Below, piece by piece: positions 1 through 13,300 of a stretch of 64,000 nucleotides of DNA; position 1 is the stretch's first letter, and each line of letters opens with the position of its first letter. Position numbers and translations under genes: made by a program. The stretch is from Lingula anatina (Eukaryota > Animalia > Brachiopoda): assembly GCA_051362555.1 (NCBI GenBank), contig CM120640.1:18972001-19036000 (forward strand). Direction: 5' to 3'. The notes under the pieces are model-generated. The model saw only the letters and a program-made list of their open reading frames with translations, ran no database searches and was not told the DNA's origin.

Positions 1-1188
1 TTCAGAAGTGTGCACCAGTGATATTTATGAGAAATAATTAACATTACTTGTGGAACTGTGGCAAAGAATGAACACTCCTAGGTTAGTTAGAAGTTGTCAT
101 GCCAATGTGATAATAATACAGGGATGAGATTTTTTCCCCTCTATCGTCTTTTTGGTTGGTGTTGGCACTTACAACAGTAATAATATTTTTCAGACTATTA
201 GCAGATTTCCGACTTTTAAGGAACTTAAAAGTCATATCCCTGATTACTGTAGAGTGATAAAGAGATGTGCTAATGATGTTAACCTGTTAATTGCGTCAGA
301 CTCATTATCCACTACCTCCTTGAAGGGATATCACACCAGAAGGATGTGGAAGGCATTCAAATAATTTATTCAAGATATGTGTTTGTGTTTCTTGAAGCCA
401 GTTGAGGTGACATTAATATTACAAAACCAGCATGTTCCTAATTTCAGTCTTATGAATTAAAAATCTACAGCTAAAAAGCATTTCTATACAATGTATTTAC
501 TGTTCCTATGTATGTTTTCAAGTGGCAATAATGTTCTGGAATTTAAACAATATAAATCAAAGCACAGATAAAGTGTTTGTTCTTCTTTTGTTATACATGA
601 ACATAATTCAAAGTAGTACATTGGTTGAATAATTGTTTGTTAGTTGCTGATACCATGTTTTGTAACAATAAATGTTTGAAGCATGTGTCATAATTATCTC
701 TCTATCCATCTGTTTGACTTGAAATGCTCATTTTACAACCAAGAATGAACAAATTTGATCATGGTAATTTATATCAATGACTGAATTAAGGGCGTAGTGA
801 ATGAATCAGGCATTTTTTCATAATTTACTTTGATTTTGTAATTGTTATGATAATGAATATTCATTTTGCCATTAACATTTTAGTGCACTTTTTATTTATT
901 GGTGCATTATTGGTGGTATTTATTGGCATTTCCAACAATATATATATATATATAAACATATATATATATGAGAGCCAATATACATTTCAATAATATATTA
1001 GGTCTACAATCCATCATTGTAAAAGGAATGTGCATGCTGCTCCCACTGCTGCATTATTCTCATGTAGATCCATCTTTTTATAGAGAAAATGTACTCGGTT
1101 AATTGCTCTACCTGTTCCTTATATTGGTGCACATTTTTGGTGTATTTTCATGGCTGTGGATAACAGATGGTCAACATTCATTCTTCAG

Positions 1189-1400
1189 GTTGTCCGTCCA
1201 TATCACGCTATAGCTCCATCACACAGCCACTATGCTGTGCTGAACCAGTATCATTCCTATTTCTTTCTGGTGGATAATGGGACAGTCGGGAAGTATGGCG
1301 CAGAAATACAGCTGAGGAAGAAACTTGAGAAAGTCATCTCACTGCAGAAGATCACTAGTGGTACGTAGTGTTGATGTCGCAGACATTGATGTATGTACAG

Positions 1401-1457
<57 letters not shown>

Positions 1458-4321
1458 AATGCATGTACACATGCATGCACTCACACAGGGATGCATAGTA
1501 TTCATATTATTTTATGTATATGAAAAAATACTAAGAATTATCAAGATTTATGAATTAATATGTTTTGATGTCAATTCTTAACAGATCAATCTTTGCAGAT
1601 AAAAAGATGTTTTTTGCGTGACACAAGGGAGATGGTTATTGACCCTAAAGCACTTACATTCATGACTATTTTAATATTCATCACAAGTCATGGTTGGCAC
1701 TGATGATCTGTTCTTGCCATTCATTCATTCATTCATAAATAGATTGGCAATAAATTCATTTACTCCTGCTTTGTGTTTGATATTATACTATAGACCTGGC
1801 TTGGTGAAATTACTTTGGGATAGGAAATGAAAAATGAATATAATACTAATAAGCTCTAACAGTCAGTGACATTTTCCCAGTTTCAAACTAATATCTAACA
1901 GGTTCTCTTTTGTTTGAAGCCTGTTTAGTATGGGTATCAGCACATGCCAAGTTTATAGGCATTCAAAGCACATTAGACCTTTCTTTATGTAGCAAAAGAA
2001 ATTAATTTTCCTGGAAATTTCCGCAGTTTTCTCTTTATCAGCAAGGCGTACTTTATCCAAAATTGCTCAGAAAATTATGATCTTTTAACCTACCCTTTTA
2101 ATTGCTCCTTATGTCCTGACAAATGCAATTCTTCAATCTCAGTCTCCATGAGAATTTGGAAATTATTGCAAGTTCCAGAAAAAATCCCAGAAGTAATTTT
2201 TTGTAGTACAAAAAGCTAATGCTCTTTGTATGACTGTAACGGTTTTAATTATGAAGTGCTGCTAGTTCTTATAAGCCAGTTAGCCCTCATTTATGCTTAA
2301 TTTCCCTGTTTTATGAACTTTGTTCATTTTTCCTTGTTAATACTCATTTTTGCTTATATGATTATTGCCCAACTGGATCAAGCTTGCAAAAAAATAAATA
2401 GATAAGCAAATAAATAAATAAGTAAAGGAGGAAAAGAAATATATGCTACAAATACTGTTTTTCCAGCTGGTGGCATCGTGAAGGGCCATGGGGTTCCTCT
2501 GGTTTCTCTGATTCTTGAAGGAGGTACAAACACTATTCGGACAGTACTGGACTGTGTGACAGATGACCCTCCAATCCCTGTGGTCATATGTGACGGGAGT
2601 GGGAGGGCAGCAGACATCCTGGCATTCACTCATAAATATGCAAATGAGGATGGGTGAGCTTTGGGTCAATTTTTTTCACATCATGTGGTACTATGTGTTG
2701 AAAATTCTTTAAAACTTTGTCAATATCCTAATCTCCTTAACTGTCTAGACTTATGAGCAAGCTAGGTCTTACCATTTTATTTGACAAGACATGCTGATTC
2801 TCTATCCTTATTCTTCTAAGCTTAGTCTTCTGATTTGGTACAGCTTTGTGGAATTGCATGCTTTAGGTCATTATGGTAAAAATAAGGCACCATGATTTTG
2901 TTATTTCAGTTTTGATGCAATTAGATTTATTTATTATTTGGTTTACATCAGAAGACTAACTAACTTACTAGATTAAGGTAAGAAAAGTCACTTTTGGTAG
3001 TTCATCTTTAGGAAGAAGAGATTTTTCAATAGATACTTACTTTTTTAGTACTATGCCTGAAGCTGTGAAGAGCCAGCTTATTCTTACAATAGAGAAAACT
3101 TTCCAATACAACAAGGAGGAATCTGAGAAACTTTACATGGAATTAATGTTAGCAGTGAATAAGAAAGAATTGGTGAGATATATTTAATGGACTTTTTCCA
3201 CAGTATATTTCTCTATGCAACTGCTTTCTCCCCTCAATATAACTTACATCTTTTCTTCTGTGTGGCTTGAATTGAAAAAGCTTCTTAGAGAGTTACTGTA
3301 AGAATTTTCTCTTTTTTCATTTTTCAAATACTTCTTGTTCACCTTAATCTTTTATACACTGCTATCAACTTTAAATATCTATGAGAAAGAAGTATTTATT
3401 TTTTACAGTTGCAGAATATTTTGCCATTAGGGTTTGGAGTATTGAAGATATAATATTCATACATGTTTTATTATTTTGTCTGCAAAATTTCCTGTTATGT
3501 ATTTGTATTTGTTTAATAATTTTTTTTGCTCTGTGTGTTTATAGATCACAGTATTCAGAATGGGAGAAGGAGAAAATACAGACATCGATCTGGCCATATT
3601 GACTGCACTGCTGAAAGGTAAGAAACCCGTCTCTGAAACCAGACTGCAAGAAACCATCTAGCTGTTCAAGTACTCTTTACATGTCTGGGAAGACTTGATG
3701 AATGGTTAATGATTGGGAATAGTTATCCCTTAAAGCGATCTTATACAGAGAGGTATGTGGCTAAAACCAATGATGTTTAAGTGAAACCATGAATTTTGTT
3801 GTGAGATAGTAGTGGTATTTCGCAGTTGTCTGTGCTTTTACTGTTTGCAAAGTAATCGCAAAATAGAACCCCATGCTTTGTTTTTTAGATAAATTACATT
3901 CAAAGACAATTAGTTATTATGATGAGTTGCAGTTTTTCTGATGAATTAAGAGAAAAAGAGAAATAAATTGCCACACCTTTTCATTTAATACAATTTCTGT
4001 ATATATTGATGACAGCACCATTGAAACAAAAGCTATTTGTATTATTTTAAAACTTTGAATACATTGTATGTGTATGAAGGGTTGGATCCCTATACATCCC
4101 TGATGTAATAATCTAAATTAATTAAAAGCTGTATATGGACTATAATGTCTCCTTGTTTCAGGTCAGAATGCCAGTGCCCCAGACCAACTGAGCTTAGCAC
4201 TAACCTGGAACAGGGTGGACATTGCCAAAAAACACATCTTTGTGTATGGACGGGAATGGCCGGTAAGTGACAGGCGCATGTATAGCCAGCAATTTCAAAG
4301 GGGTCCTTTTTTCTGAAAAAG

Positions 4322-4396
<75 letters not shown>

Positions 4397-7300
4397 CTCA
4401 ATAACGTACTTTCTGGTCATTCTAGTCGTTAAAGTTATTCTTGAAGTGAACACAGTTTAAAACATTTGGTTGTTGGCTGCATCAATTTCTGGTCCAAGTT
4501 AGTCTTGATATGAACACGATTTTGGCATTTAAATGTCTTTGGCAGATCTCTCTTGGTAGATTAGAATTGCTAAAGGCTGTGATGTTGTTGTTGTTATTGA
4601 GGGTTTGATGCATGGTAATCCAAGATGAATCCTCACTCCCACAGGGTTTACATGCTGTTTAAACTTGATCCTCAATGTGTGGCTCAACACAATACAGAGT
4701 CTACAAAGTGTGCACTGTTTTTCTACATGTTTTACCTTGAAGTTAAATTGCTTCATTAGTCTGGTACGTGTATGTATGTTGTTCAATGAGAAATTCTCTA
4801 AATATATACACTGTGAAAATGTCATGCTTTGTTAGCCGTTGTGTTTTGGTTTAGCTGTCACTTGGTGACACTCTGGGTTACAGACACTGGAAACCACAGA
4901 GATAAGGAGATAGTAGAGAGGTGACTATCCAGTGTCTTCTGAAACCCTTGTTGCCTGGTGATCAGTCATCTTAAATGGCATGACTCTATCATACTCGGAA
5001 TATTATCCTTGTCTGTTAAGGAGCACATTGATTTGAGAGATTTATTTCAGGATGTTGCTTAATAAATTATGGAAGAAAAACAGAATATTTAGGCTTAAAT
5101 GTGAAGGAACACCCACCTCAACAAATACTTTTTACAATATTTAATGCTGCTATAAAGGATTCTCATTGTAATTGGTCAATTGGACTTGATAGTGGCCACC
5201 ATAAGGCATATAAGTTAGTCTAATGTTAGAGATCTGACCACATGACAATGTGATGGTTGTAAGTTCACTGAGAATGGACAAGGCTTTTGTAGAGAATATT
5301 TCAGTGAATAATGTCTCAGCTTTATCTTTCAATTTAATTCCAAGCTTTTCACTGCTTTTGTTCAGAGAATATTTCAGTGAATAATGTCTAAGCTTTATTT
5401 TTCTATTTAATTCCAATTTTTTACCAGTTTCATTTTGAAAATGGTCTACTTTTATAAGTACATGTATAATCTCCATTATCTCCATTTTTATATTTATGGT
5501 AGGAACTGAAAGTTGACTTGACTCAATTAAATGTCATACAAGGTCCTCAAGATAAAAAATGCTTAAACTTCAGCATCAAGAGGACTTTAACCATTCTCAA
5601 AATTTCCTTTTTAGGAAGGAGCACTTGAACATGCCATGATGGATGCCCTGACCAATGATAGAGTAGACTTTGTAAAGTTGTTGCTCCAGAATGGAGTCAG
5701 TATGCAGAAGTTTCTTACAATACCCAGGCTGGAGGAACTTTATAATATTGTGAGTTTAAACTTTTAGCATTTAAGTTCCAGCACAAGGGTAATTTTTCTT
5801 TCTTTTTTCTTTTTTTTTTCTTTTAACACAGAAATTTATAAAAATTATCAGTTCATTTATATTCCTTATAGATTTCAGGTTTTGTTATTGTGAATGTGAA
5901 GTAAAACGTGGGGAAGATAATATGCTGATTAATCAACATTTGTTGGGAAAATGGCACTAGGGGCCATCCATTTTTATCATCGTTTTCCCAAGTCTACAAA
6001 AAGTAGACCCCCATCCCCTTTCAGAGAGTACAAGGTATAAATTAAAGCTAAATACAATGACCTTTGCCAGCACATTCCTGGGGGTGAAGATCATAGTTTG
6101 TGTTATTTTTTCAAAAGTGCATATAGGGCATTAACCCCCCTTCCCCCAGACTTGTGAAAACAATTATAAAAATGAATGACCCTTAATATCGGAATAAGGA
6201 AAATGTCTGGAATTCTTGCTGCCAAGAAAAGCTATTTTATTTCCTTCTGTTTCCTTTCCAGAAGCAAGCCACACCAACTTCTGTTCCATTTAGGACTTTT
6301 AATGTCTTAAAAAAGGTAAATACTCACATTAAATCAATACTCAAATGCTTTTAAGATTTTGCTTAATATTTCCTCCAGCAGATTATGAAGATTCTTTGAA
6401 AATGGTGCAAATTTGTGACAAAGCTATGATCTTTGTAATGTATTGATTTGTTGACTCAGAGTAATAAATAAAATATAGATTCATATTGTGACTGAATTTC
6501 AAGATAAATGGTTACGTGTTTGAGATGAAATTTTATTGATATCAAAGTACAACTTATATTTTTTCCTTGCTTGCAATTCTCAGTACATCATTACTGAAGG
6601 TAGATTTAACAGAGGAACAAAATCAACTTTTCAGAAACACCCCGAGCATGCCCACTACACACTCCTGGAAGTTGGCCAGGTAATAGACTACCTGATGGGA
6701 GGGGCGTACCGAGCCTCATACTGCAGGAAGAAGTTCAGAACTACTTACAATGCCATGATGAAGAAGGTAGTGGCAATGCAATGTTGTAACCTCTGTGCAC
6801 TTTGCACTGTAAATGTTGTAATCTTCATTTTTAGAAACAGTTTTTCCCCCTTTCGCACTGCCAAAGTTAATGCTACTGTTAAAATGCGCCAAATGCACTT
6901 TGAATATAATATGTTAGTTTGATGGCTAAAGGCTATGTTTTTGATAGTCACTTAAAATTTTGCATTTCATTTATATATTGTTGTCATGTTTTAGAGTTGT
7001 AGATTGCACATATTCGTGCGTGTGCATGTTTGCACACACACACACTTAAAGCAGTAAAGCAGAACCACTTTATGTATGCAAATATACATGTACACTTTCA
7101 TATATTTTTATAAAATATGTATATGTTGTGCAGTCTACATCTCTCACTGTGTGCTGATATACAGTATTCTATAATATTGTGTTTTGCTTCTCTTTTCTTG
7201 TTTGTCACCCTTGCCAGTCGCCTAGTCAGATCTTTCAGGTGTGTACCCTTCAAAAATTTTATCAAACTAAAACTGTAACTGATTTTTAAAAAATGATACA

Positions 7301-10300
7301 TTTGCTTATAGCCTTTACCTACAAGGCTGCAGTACGTGGCTCACAAATGTGCAGGTTGTTTTATCACCAATATTTGATCAAAAGCTAAGTGTTACCCTTG
7401 CACAAGAGCGCTTTGCACATAACTGTATTGTTTTTACTACTTGTCATTTGATTGGTTCAGAAAAGCTTCAACCAGGTTTCCATCTAGAAATGAACAGATA
7501 TGATATGAACTATGATGCTGTGCTATTATATTTGTTATATACACATCAGCCAGTTCATTCAAGTGATTAACTTTTAAGCTTAAAAGCGTTTCAGAGCTTC
7601 ATTATATCACACTTATTTTCATAAATCCTAATGTTAGAAATCCACATACTTTGTCAGTGGCATCGTTATTAATGCCACATTTCATTCACAACAGGGCCAC
7701 AACATCAGCAATGCTTTAGCCACAGTCCCCATGCCTGGCAATCTGATAGACTTCCAGGACGTGTTCAAGTACCCATTCAATGAGCTGCTGGTCTGGGCCG
7801 TGCTAATGAAGAGGCAGAAGATGGCCATGTGTATGTGGCAGCACGGAGAGGAGGCCATGGCTAAAGCACTGGTGGCTCTGAAGATCTATAAGACCATGAC
7901 ACGGGAGGCGGAACAGGACGACCTGGAGGTGGAGATATTTGAGGAGTTACGGACTTATTCGAAGTGAGTGCTTTTTAGTTTGTAATGTCGGCACTGGCCC
8001 CTTCTGTTGTCAAATGTCAGACTGGGCAATTTGGCAAATTTGTCTAAATCTACTGTCCATTGTTTTATTCTGCCTTAATTGTTCCAGTAGATTATTAAAA
8101 GATTCTTTGTACATTTTTGGCTTGTTTGTTGAAATATTATAATCTAGGAAAATTCTGGATCTAAAATTAAAAAGTGTATAGGTTTTATATTAGTTTTGTT
8201 TATTTTGTACATATCATATAGCAATTAGAATTCAATTTTTATGTGCCTGTTTTCCTGAGATTATTTTTTGCACAAGTAAGTAATTATTATATAAACTGTC
8301 ATCTTGATTTTTATAGGGAATTTCAGAACATAACAATGGAGCTCCTGGAGGTGTGCTACAAGACGGACGCAGATGCCACCAAGCAGTTACTGACTTATGA
8401 ACTGAAGAACTGGAGTAACCAGACCTGCCTAAGCCTGGCTGTGTCAGCCGTCCACAGGGAGTTCCTGGCCCACCCCTGCTGCCAGATGCTGCTCACTGAT
8501 ATGTGGATGGGAGGATTGAACATGAGGAAGTACACAGTGTTGAAGGTGATACTATAACCCAGAGAAGCAGACTGGAAAATAGAAATTGATTTTTTGAAAA
8601 TGATCAAGATTGATTTTTACATGGAAAGGGGTTTAGAATAGTATGAAAAATGATTTAGCATATACAGATACTGAAAGAGATTTTGAATGGGATTTAAACT
8701 AGAAAATGATCAATATTGAAAATAGTATCAAATTGGATTAGTAAAAAAAATTACTTATGTGTTTGATTTCAATGTTGTCACATTTCCGCATAAAATAAAA
8801 TATTGTCGAAGCCAATTTCAGGGTGCAGTGAGTGTGTTTGTTATGTTTGAACAAATTTGTCTGCAAGAGACTGCAACATTTTTTTTTATTCAATTTATTA
8901 TCATAATCCAATTTTTTCTTGATTTCTTTTGATGGTCAGGTATTGATGGGTATTTTAATCCCCCCTCTTCTGCTTGCCCTGGAGTATAAAAGTAAGGAGG
9001 AGCTGCAGTTAATGCCACAGACTGTGGAGGAGCACATTGGGGAAATCGAGGACTCTGACACAGAGTCCAATGTCAGCCGCAGGTCATCATATGGTGAGCA
9101 GGACATTGAGATGGAGGTAAGTATATACATTCTGAATTCATTGTTTATTCACCATAAATGAAAATTACTTTTCATCACCAATGGTTGTTTAGTTATTTTG
9201 CTGACAAAGTTATTATTTATTTATTTATTTCATTTATTTATTTATTGAATAATATGAAAACATGTTGCCTTAAGTTTTGAAAAAAGTTATGCTTGCCAGT
9301 TACTGTTATTTGGTATGTTATGTTGACAAGATTTTTTAAAGAATATTAAAAAAAACTTTTTGCCAAAGGGTGGTGTTTAGAAATTCTATATGTGTTAACA
9401 TGACAGTCAGTACTTCAAGAAGTTTTAATTTTTCATTCTGATTTTGGAATTTATGCCTCTGGAAGTAACAGAAATACAACTGATATTATTTAAGATACAA
9501 ATATAACATTCCAGATGATCAATGCCAGTCAAGGACAAAACTTGGACAGGTCAGCAGATGCCACAGAAGTGACCTCCCCTGTCAACAGTCCCGTCAGCCC
9601 CCCTGTGAACTCTAATGGTCCTCTGTTGGACCAGAGTGCCTTGACAGTCCATAGAGTAACAGATTTCATGAAGAAAAAGAGCCCATTGAGAGTGGGGAAG
9701 AAAGTGTATGAGTTTTATGCTGCTCCTATCACCAAGTTTTGGCTGCATACGGTAAGCAGGCATAGAGAAAGAAGTATGAATTCAAAAAAAGTTTTTTCAG
9801 CCATTCAAGCTTGCAATCACAACAAAAGATGGTGGATCAAAATTGTGTATGACTTATTGTTTGGTTTGTAATTCAAGAATATCTCTTTTTTTGTCATAAA
9901 GAAAAAAAACTTGTTTCAAGATTTATGAAGAAGAAGATGAATGGTATGCTGCTCATGTTACCTAGTGTTTGACACATATGAAAAGTGCACTGCATTTCAC
10001 TGAGAATATATTAATATTCCAGGCAGTATATTATCTACTCAGTTTTCATTCATAGAAACTTTAGGAACATTGGATAATGATGTACTTGTTGTATGTGTCA
10101 TTAGGATACATGTGTATGCTTTTTAATTCCAGATGGCCTATGTCATTTTCCTAGCTTCATTCAATTATGTTGTTCTGGTTAAAACTCCACCAAAGCCTTC
10201 ATGGGTAGAGATTTACGTCATGGCTTACATCTTTACTTTAGCCATTGATAAAGCAAGAGAGGTATGTTTTGAATCATGATGATTTATAAATGATTTTTTC

Positions 10301-13300
10301 AGTACATAAAAGAGCTAGTGAACTGTGAGTAAATTTGAAAATTATTTTTTCCAGCAAGATATTGAAAATGTAGGAGCCTGTTGCAATTAAAAAAAAAGAA
10401 AAAAAATGTTCTACCTAATTTTTTTCATTTTAACCAAAACAGTTCAATTTAAGCATTAGCTTTAATACTTGATACTGTAAAATGATTCATATGTTCTGAT
10501 TTATATTTGTCAGATTATAGCATCGGAGCCAGTAAAAGCATTGCAGAAATTTTCAGTCTTCTTCGGAGACTTTTGGAACATCCTAGATGTCATTGCCATT
10601 GTCCTGTATATAATTGGTGCCGTGCTGCGCAATATGGAGTCCTACATTCAAGACGGCCATGTGGTGTTCAGTGTGGACATCATTTTTTGGTACATAAGAA
10701 TTCTAGACATCTTCAGTGTTAGCAAGCACTTGGGTCCTTATGTTATGATGGTGGGCAAAATGGTGAGTACTTACATGTTTTATTCACCACATTTAAGGGC
10801 TCATTCCCAATGAAATTATCAATCTTTGCAGATGGATCCAACTCCAGGGGGACTCTTGCTTACATTAATTGTACTTGTGTAATTACCAGCTTTTCTTTAT
10901 TCAACCTTATGCCAAGTTAGCCTGATTGCATTCACTGATAGTCCTCACACAGTTGGATTGACTATCACAGATCATAAGTTTCATTGGGAATGAGCCTTAA
11001 GTTCTTTTATTTGTTCTACAAATAAGAATCGGTTTCAAAAAATTTAGTTGAATAGAACATTGTCATCCAGAAGAGCTTCAGGGACCAGTTTTACGAAGTT
11101 TAATAGTGTAGTCTCAAGATTTGGTCTACTTCAGTTCAAGATGCATCCATGATACTCCAATAAGACGCAATAACTTAACATAAGCTGAAACATAAGCCCT
11201 CTCCTTTTTTAAAGTGGGAGAGGTATTTCATATGTTTGTACTACCAATTTTTTCTTGTATCAAAGTAGACTGATATTTTGGTCTAAAAGTGCTCTAGCAC
11301 TTTTGTACAACAGGTCCTAGTTGACCTAGTGACTGGCCCCCTCCCCCCCCCCCACCCCCCCCACCCCCCCCCCCCCACACACACACACACACATACACAC
11401 ATGGTGACATCAAGGCAAAAACATGGCAGATCACATATATCGTGTAACGTTACTTTGCTTTCCTCACAATACTTGAGATTTTGAAACATTTTGGATCTAT
11501 ATCCAGTCAAAGCAACAAATACAGCTAAGTTAACTTGAGATGATACAGCCAAGATTGATCTACAGACATTTTAAAGATTTGAATTTAAATTATGAGGAAA
11601 ATTACAAATAAATGAATGCCACACACTGCTTAATGAACTAGTGGGTTACAAAACCCAGGTTCCACTGAAGTCAACTTGTCTTGCAGGTTGTGGACATGAT
11701 CAACTTTATTGTGATATTGCTGATAGTGCTCATGAGCTTTGGTGTGTGTCGCCAAGCTATCAAGTTTCCCAACGAAGAACCAAATTGGAATATTCTTAAG
11801 GAAGTATTTCTGGAGCCTTACTTCATGTTATATGGTGAAGTGTATGCTGATAAGATTGATCGTAAGTTTTCTACTGACTAGTTTTGATGGGGTATTAATA
11901 GTCATTTCTAGCATTGTTTATTCTTTGAATTTAGTAACTTAAGTTTATTTATTGTGCATATTTACAATATTCATACAATTATTATGATGATAACCATTTA
12001 CATTAATGATGATTTTGTCATGTCTTGATAAAATAGAAATTTTTGAAAGGAAATTTTGGAAAATTAGTGTTTATGCACTACAGCAGTGGTACTCTGATAC
12101 TGTGAAATATATGAAGTCAAATGGCATATAGCCAAAGAATGCTTCTAGGATTTGGATTATTTTGGTAAAAAAAAATAATTTTGAGAATTTTGTGAGTTTG
12201 TGAGGATAAATGAATCTCTTGCAATATTACAGTTGATCTATTAGCTTCCTTTCAAGATGTCCTCAGATATACAATTTGGCCAGACATGTTAAGTTAATTT
12301 TAAAAATGTGCAACAAACCCTAATTTTGACAAAATCATATATTTCTCTCTTTTGTCGTTTAATATCTGAGAGTGTTTTTGGTATGTTTAAAATACATATT
12401 CCTTACTTGTGACTGTGTTCAGGTTGGATGATTCTTTTTTGTTGCTCTAGTATAATTACATGTAGTGTATTTCCCAGTAGCATTTTAGATAGTTAAAGGA
12501 TGAACAGCAATTTGATTGAGACTAACTTAAAACCTGAACATGAAAACTCACTTTATGTATCAGAATGATTACATCATAACCTGTCATGGAACTACTATTA
12601 TACATATAGTTCTGAATTAAACCAACTTTATGGAGTTAAAGGCCTTCTTTACTTTAATTCATTAACAAGTCTGCAGTTTTGCTGTTTGTGAAATAATATT
12701 TTTTTTATATTTGTGTTTTTCTATCTACAGTAGATGTCTTCAACCCAACTTTCTCTTTGTAGCTAAGTGTGGTGGACCACACGAAGAGCCCTGTGTCCAC
12801 GGACACTGGGTCACTCCAGCTGTTATGACCATCTTCCTTTTGGTCGCCAATATCCTGCTCCTTAGTCTTCTCATTGCTGTGTTCAAGTATGTATTGACAT
12901 AGATAAATGGCGCTGCAGTACCCCCACCCCCAACCCTCCCTGTAACAGCACTTCTAGTTATAGTGTCTTGCATAAATTTCATAGGTCTAATTTTGTTTGT
13001 TGCAGCTGATTGCGGTGGCAGTAATGAGGAACCCTGTATACACGGACACTGGGTCTTCCCAGCTATCATGTCCATCTTTCTCCTGGTTGCCAATATACTG
13101 CTCCTTAACCTGCTTATTGCGGTATTTAAGTAAGTGCATGCTTTGTCTGTCCAGTGCCTTGTAAGGTATTTGAGCAGAATGAGGTCAATTCATCAATATC
13201 TTAGTTTAACAACCTACACTACTTAAAATGGTTTTACTTATAGTGGTGCTTTCTGATTCAATACTAACTGGCAATTTTGAATTGGATTTTGGTACTAATT

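Noticed and set aside
1257-4401. ORFs with CVCV or RERE repeats (also 39538-39837 N-terminus and poly-L ORFs)
   Set aside because: Translations of microsatellites.
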